NCBI GenBank assembly: GCA_963768855.1
Contig: CAVYJM010000007.1
Span: 68,600-132,599 of the forward strand
Reading direction: 5' to 3'
Origin: an uncultured Thermoplasmata archaeon
GTDB taxonomy: Archaea; Thermoplasmatota; Thermoplasmata; RBG-16-68-12
Length of the DNA: 64,000 nucleotides
How positions within the stretch are numbered: the first letter of the stretch is position 1; each line of letters begins with the position of its first letter. Below are positions 59,284 to 64,000 of the stretch, one piece after another. The position numbers and the translations under genes were made by a program. The notes under the pieces were generated by a model, which was given only the letters and a program-made list of their open reading frames with translations, was not told where the DNA came from and did no database searches.

Positions 59284-59530
59284 CTCTCGGGCCCGCTCCG
59301 AGACCTTCAGCCCCTGAGCTTCTTGATCCGCGCGTTCTGTCGTTCTTCCTCTTGCGCGCGCTTCTTCGCGATCGCATCGAGCTATTGTGAGGCGCCGGCG
59401 GGGAGGTCAGAACCCCGGAAGTGTCTTCTAGCGTCGGTGGCATTATCGCCCCGTGCCCGACAGACGGCTCCCGAGATGGACTTTTGATTCTTACGGTTCT
59501 GAGAAAGCGAGGGACCGCTGCGAGCCGTGG

Positions 59531-59764
59531 ATGCGGGAGCACATCGACCCGATCATAGAGGATGTCCCAGGAGTCGAACGCTGCGAACGGGCAATACACC
59601 TCTTCGGCTCATCCCGCGTCTACGTTAAGTTCGACGACGCAGGCCAGCCCATCGGCTACTACCATGTGTCGGAGAGCATACTTCGCGCGGGGGAGAAGGA
59701 ACCCACGATCTTCCGCATGAAGCTCTTCGAGAAGGAACTGCGCCGTCTGATCGTCGCCCATTAG
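59531..59764 (+). CDS. Hypothetical protein (~77 aa)
   Basis: MREHIDPIIEDVPGVERCERAIHLFGSSRVYVKF... looks globular, within ORF 59453..59764. Start uncertain. Confidence 0.4.
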   Translation: MREHIDPIIEDVPGVERCERAIHLFGSSRVYVKFDDAGQPIGYYHVSESILRAGEKEPTIFRMKLFEKELRRLIVAH

Positions 59765-60360
59765 ACCGGATCACAACCGAGATGCAACAGCCCGCGGATC
59801 GTCACGCTTTCGACGAACGCTTGTCCGGCGACGCTCGGCTCGTGACACGACAGATCTTCTCCCACAAGTTGCCCAGAGTGCCCAGGGCTAGCGAGTCTGC
59901 TCGATGGTCCTTCGAAACGCACGCTGTCCTGCGACAACTGCCGAGCTGCCCTCGACTGTGAACTCGCGAAGACCTTGCGCAAGACCGCCGAGGAGGGCGA
60001 GGCGTTCGAGTTCCGGGAAATCGACGGATTCCGCTCGCGGGTTGCCTCGTGGTTCCTCGGGCTTCGGGGGCTCCCATATTCACGATTCGCGAGTGATCGG
60101 GAGCGCCCTCGCTCCCTCTTGTGTGGCTTTACGTTGCAGCCATCGGATTAGGTCTCGCGCCTCTCGTCAATAGCCTTAAGAGACGACGTCCGCTGTTGAC
60201 TCAGCGATGACCGGAAAGGGCAGGAAGGGCTCCAGAACCCTCCAGCGCGGCCAACAGAAGAGCAGAAAATGGAAGCGCAGACAGCAGCGTCGGGATCGAG
60301 CCGTGTCCGCCGAACACCGCTCGCGGTGAGACGGCTGCTCGCCTCCCTGGGAGGGGGCGA

Positions 60361-60414
60361 GGTCCCCCGGATACGTCGCCTCGGAGCGGCCGGAAGGGCT
60401 ATGCCGGGACGGAC
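60361..60414 (+). repeat. Dispersed repeat, copy C
   Basis: cgtcgcctcggagcggccggaagggctatgccgggacggac (60374..60414) is 37/41 identical to the reverse complement of copy A. Confidence 0.75.
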
Positions 60415-60510
60415 GATTGCGCGGCTGACCCAACTATATATGGCCCTACTCGACTCCCGTCCAAGCCGACTGTGCCGGGAACGACGCGTCCGGTCCTCGG
60501 CGGTGCTCCC

Positions 60511-61059
60511 TTGGCGAAGATCAAGATCGAGAACGTCGTCGCTTCGACCTCCCTCGGGGAGGAGCTGGACCTCCAGGCCATCGCCCTTGCCCTAGGCGGA
60601 GCGGAGTACGATCCCGAGCAGTTCCCCGGCCTCATTTACCGCCTCAAGGAACCGAAGACCGCGGTCCTCCTCTTCCGCAGCGGCAAGGTCGTGTGCACGG
60701 GCGCGAAGAGCCTCGAGAACGTGAAGAAGGCCATCGGCCTCGTCGGGCAACAAATCGAGGCCGCGGGCATCCCGGTCAACAAGAATCCGGAGATCGTGGT
60801 CCAGAACATCGTCGCGACGTCGGACCTCGGTGCGCAAATCGACCTGAACGCCACCGCGATTACCCTGGGCCTGGGGAAGGTCGAGTACGAGCCGGAGCAG
60901 TTCCCGGGCTTGGTGTACCGTATCGACGAGCCGAAGGTGGTCGCCCTGCTGTTCGGCAGCGGCAAGCTCGTGTGCACGGGCGCCCGCAAGCCCTCCGACG
61001 TCGAGCAGGCCGTCGAGAAGATTACGGCCGAGCTGAAAGCCGCCGGACTCTTGCACTGA
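60511..61059 (+). CDS. tbp: TATA-box-binding protein
   Basis: IENVVAS, YDPEQFPGLIYR, LLFRSGKVVCTGAK and the second repeat QNIVATS, YEPEQFPGLVYR, LLFGSGKLVCTGAR. TTG start. Confidence 0.97.
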   Translation: MAKIKIENVVASTSLGEELDLQAIALALGGAEYDPEQFPGLIYRLKEPKTAVLLFRSGKVVCTGAKSLENVKKAIGLVGQQIEAAGIPVNKNPEIVVQNIVATSDLGAQIDLNATAITLGLGKVEYEPEQFPGLVYRIDEPKVVALLFGSGKLVCTGARKPSDVEQAVEKITAELKAAGLLH

Positions 61060-61337
61060 TTCGTAATGCGGGCGTGGGGACGCAGGGAGCCCACGCGTCT
61101 GCCCCCTCTTCTCGGCTATCGGGAGACGAGACCGTGGCAACTGAAAACCCCGCGATGTTCCATTTGTGGCTTCATGCCCTAGGTTCAGATCCAAGATCAT
61201 GACCCGCCACCTTGGAGCCGAGAGCCGCAGGACTCGCAGGATGGTCTGCATGGGGCACGTGGAGTACTTGTATAGCCGAAGCGGGATACGTTCCCGCGTA
61301 GTGACTTGCGGGGCACAGCCGCAAGAGGGAAGTCCAC

Positions 61338-62393
61338 ATGCAGAGCCGAAAGATACAGAAAGTCGGCGCAGCCACATTGACCATCTCCCTTCCGAAGGCG
61401 TGGGTCATCCAGCGGAACTTGAAGAAGGGGGACCAGGTCTTCATCGTCGAGGAGGGCGACTCCCTCCGCATCCTGCCGGGTCCCGCGATGGAGGAGCGCA
61501 GGCGGAAGTCGGAGACCTATGTCATCGACGCGGACCTGTGCGACGAGCTCGGCCTGCTCGAGCGGATCATCGTCGGGAACTACGTGCTCGGCCGGCAGAA
61601 GATCATCGTCCGCTCGGCGACGCGGCTGCGGAGCGAGCACATCGAGGAGGTCCGGAAGACCTCGAAGAAGCTCATGGGCCTCGGGATCATCGAGGAGACG
61701 AGCAACCGGATCACTCTGCAATGCTCCATCGACCCGGCCAACTACCCGCTGGACGCGCTCGTGAAGCGCCTGTACAACCTCGGCGCGACGATGCTCGAGG
61801 AGGCGATCGAGGCCCTCGTGACGGGCGACCGCCGCCTCGCGGAGGACGCGATCAAGCGCGAGGACGACGCGGACATGATGTACTGGCTCATCCTGCGCCT
61901 CGTCCTGAGCGCCCAGGTCGACGAGGCGCTCGTCGAGCTGCTCGGGATGCGCTCGCGCCTCGAGATCATCCAGTACCGTCTCATCGACCGGGATCTGGAA
62001 GCCGTCGCAGACTGGGGTGAAACCATCGCTCGATCGGTCCTCACACTCTTGGACATGAAACTTGACATCAGCCCTTCTCTTGCGAAGGGACTCAAGGAGC
62101 TCTCCGAGGCGGTCACCCAGATCTACACGAAGGCGATCGGCGGCCTGCTCTCGCGGGACATCAAGCAGGCGAACGACGCAATCCTGCACCAGGAGGCTAT
62201 CATGAACCGGGAGCGCGAAATCATGCGGATGATCCTGAAGGACTACGACGACCCGAAGGTGATCATCCCCCTGCGGACGATCCTCGATGGAATCCTCGAG
62301 ATGTTCGAGTACGGCCACTCGATCGCGGTCGTCGCATTCAACCGGTACCTCGAGAAGCCCACGAACCTGAGCCGCCCCGCGCCTCCCGCATGA
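61338..62393 (+). CDS. phoU: Phosphate uptake regulator PhoU with N-terminal AbrB-like domain
   Basis: RKIQKVGAATLTISLPKAW, two PhoU helical repeats, REDDADMMY, DRDLEAVAD. Confidence 0.88.
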   Translation: MQSRKIQKVGAATLTISLPKAWVIQRNLKKGDQVFIVEEGDSLRILPGPAMEERRRKSETYVIDADLCDELGLLERIIVGNYVLGRQKIIVRSATRLRSEHIEEVRKTSKKLMGLGIIEETSNRITLQCSIDPANYPLDALVKRLYNLGATMLEEAIEALVTGDRRLAEDAIKREDDADMMYWLILRLVLSAQVDEALVELLGMRSRLEIIQYRLIDRDLEAVADWGETIARSVLTLLDMKLDISPSLAKGLKELSEAVTQIYTKAIGGLLSRDIKQANDAILHQEAIMNREREIMRMILKDYDDPKVIIPLRTILDGILEMFEYGHSIAVVAFNRYLEKPTNLSRPAPPA

Positions 62394-62576
62394 CGCGGCC
62401 ATCACGTGAAGTAGGCAGGATTGCCGCTTCCTGGTTGGACTTCGTGGATGCCCTGCTCGTGGGATGAAAGACCTCGAAGAGGTCAGGAAGAACATAGCCG
62501 CCATGACGGCATGAGTGTAGGGAGCCTAACCGGTCGCCTCTTCCCCGGTCAACGGGTAAGAACGGCGTACCCGCCC

Positions 62577-62611
62577 CCTCCCGCCTCGTCATGCCGCGAG
62601 CGGCCGGAAGG
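62577..62611 (+). repeat. Dispersed repeat, degenerate copy D
   Basis: cccgcctcgtc...cgagcggccggaagg: 15-nt exact core (62597..62611) plus partial 5' similarity to copy A. Confidence 0.5.
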
Positions 62612-62656
62612 ACCTCCCAACTCTGCACCGAATTCGGGTTCCTTCCCCGGTGATCC

Positions 62657-63064
62657 TCAGCTCTCGATGCGGACCTCTAGGTCCGGCATTATTCCAGCCT
62701 TCTCGAAGAGCACGCCCACAGGGCATTCGTGCAACGTGAGACGCAGCGTGGTCTCAACCTCCTCCCGGCTCGCATTGGTCCGGACGATGAAGCGGCCGCG
62801 AATCCGGTCAACGGTCGGTGCGCTCGGAGACTGCTCGGCGTCCATTTCGACTTTCATCGCTTGGAACTCCCACTTGCGCCTCCTGGCCATAGTTCTGAAA
62901 ATCGTGGTCACGCACCCGGCGAGGGCCATCACCGACAGTTCTAGGGCCGTGGGTCCCTTGTCGGTTCCTTCCTTTGAGGGAGGTAGGTCAACCACGACCC
63001 GGTGACCGCGCCCGTTGTCCGTCTCGCTCACGTCGCCCGCAATCCACTCCGAGGTGACTTACAT
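62657..63064 (-). pseudogene. OsmC-family protein with a stop at codon 2
   Basis: ATG TAA GTC ACC TCG GAG TGG... gives M*VTSEWIAGDVSETDNGRGH; GPTALEL..ALAGC and HECPVG carry the two OsmC cysteines. Could restart at GTG 63031. Confidence 0.75.
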
Positions 63065-63276
63065 CGGAGCCACCGGGGGAAGAGGCGGCGGGATGTGCAT
63101 GAAACGACTGCAATTACCGGCACGGCCGAGGACCGATGGAATTCACCCCGATGCCCGCCCCGTCGCCGCCGAACGCGTTCGGGTTCTCGAGGCCGTCCAC
63201 CGCCGCGAATCAGTTGCGCTCGCGGAGGCGACACCACTCACGACACGATGTGATGTCCTTCCAGCTTGTCAAAGCC

Positions 63277-63414
63277 CTACGACCAATGGAGGCGCATGTA
63301 ACATCGCAGGCAGATGAGGTCCTTGGGTCCGACCTGTTCAATCTTCTGCTTCGATACATCCGGCCGGGCCCATTCGAACTCTGTCTCCGCTCCGCATTCA
63401 GCGCATGCGCCCAT
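63277..63414 (-). CDS. Zinc-finger micro-protein, 45 aa
   Basis: Translated by hand: MGACAECGAETEFEWARPDVSKQKIEQVGPKDLICLRCYMRLHWS. Two CxxC motifs and a GGGTGA SD just upstream. Confidence 0.6.
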   Translation of the reverse strand: MGACAECGAETEFEWARPDVSKQKIEQVGPKDLICLRCYMRLHWS

Positions 63415-64000
63415 GGCTCACCCGTCACGGCATAGGTCGATGGGGCTTCTCGAGGAGGAGATGGACGGACCTGGTCGCCTCCGTTTCAGGCTTTCACCGG
63501 TCGCTGGCAAAGCATCACCCGCCCCCGAGAGAGTCACAGGTGGTCATAAAGGAAAGGTGCCCGCCCACAAGGGCGGGCGTTAGGGGAAATGCACCACGGA
63601 CTGGTGAAGGCCTGGATCAAGCGTTTCGCCATTGTGCCGCAAAGGGTGCGTCCCGTCCCTTCCCGATGCGGATAGCGAAGCCCGACCGGGGCGCTTCACT
63701 CAGGTCAGGAGGCGGCGCAGAAGACCACCGGTGTGCACCTCTCACGAAGCTCCTCAAGATAGATGTAATGATCACGCGAGTTGAGTTCTGGTTCAGAACT
63801 GTGAAGCGAACTCGAGTTCGACGGGCTCGGCAGGAAAAGGGGCATGCGAAGATCCGTCGCGACAGGCGGGGGGAAAGAATAAGTCCGTTTCCCGAAAATG
63901 GAGACCCTCCTCGACACTCAGTCCCAGCAAGACCGCAACACAGAGATTATGAGGAGTCAGGTCGCTATGGGAAGGCTGGGGGCGGCTTGATTGCCAATCA

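Noticed and set aside
1-64000. Many long overlapping or antisense ORFs in the track (e.g. 14082..15848-, 15950..18427+, 43317..46610-, 57420..59390+)
   Set aside because: Arg/Pro/Gly-rich shadow frames expected from high-GC coding DNA. They overlap genes with clear family motifs.
1-64000. CRISPR array, rRNA, intact transposase or integrase
   Set aside because: No regularly spaced repeats, rRNA signatures or DDE/tyrosine-recombinase motifs were seen by eye.
63600-64000. Open frames at the right edge (63705..63917 minus; a plus frame from ~63768 running off the window)
   Set aside because: No motifs or coding bias, and the region is truncated by the window edge.

Overview
Archaeal chromosomal window with high GC, inferred to come from a Thermoplasmata (Thermoplasmatota) genome on the basis of gene content, membrane-type LonB and long PdxS. 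Most of it is housekeeping DNA: the complete L3-to-SecY ribosomal protein superoperon (22.9-37.2 kb, minus strand), L7Ae-S28e-L24e-ndk, aIF5B, TBP, RFC-L, Taw1, IleRS, tRNA-His, ArgF, PdxS, TrpB2, LonB, NadM, an AcnX pair, a hydantoinase/oxoprolinase A-B pair with TctA, and a NitT/TauT-type ABC transporter. The most unusual features are: (1) three tandem eukaryote-like Rab/Ras small GTPase genes, each with its own TATA-like box (37.8-39.7 kb); (2) an IleRS carrying a ~330-aa C-terminal HhH + triple zinc-ribbon + DUF835-like extension; (3) an AcnX small subunit fused to a Nudix hydrolase; (4) an L24e with an extra ~90-aa domain and an L32e with a SAP-like insert; (5) a dispersed ~35-55 bp repeat (core GAGCGGCCGGAAG) found only in the two decayed accessory intervals (8-10 kb, 59-64 kb), which also hold a low-GC luciferase-like gene, pseudogenes and micro-ORFs absent from the ORF track. 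No CRISPR array, rRNA or intact transposase was seen. All family calls come from motif recognition by eye; no database searches were run.
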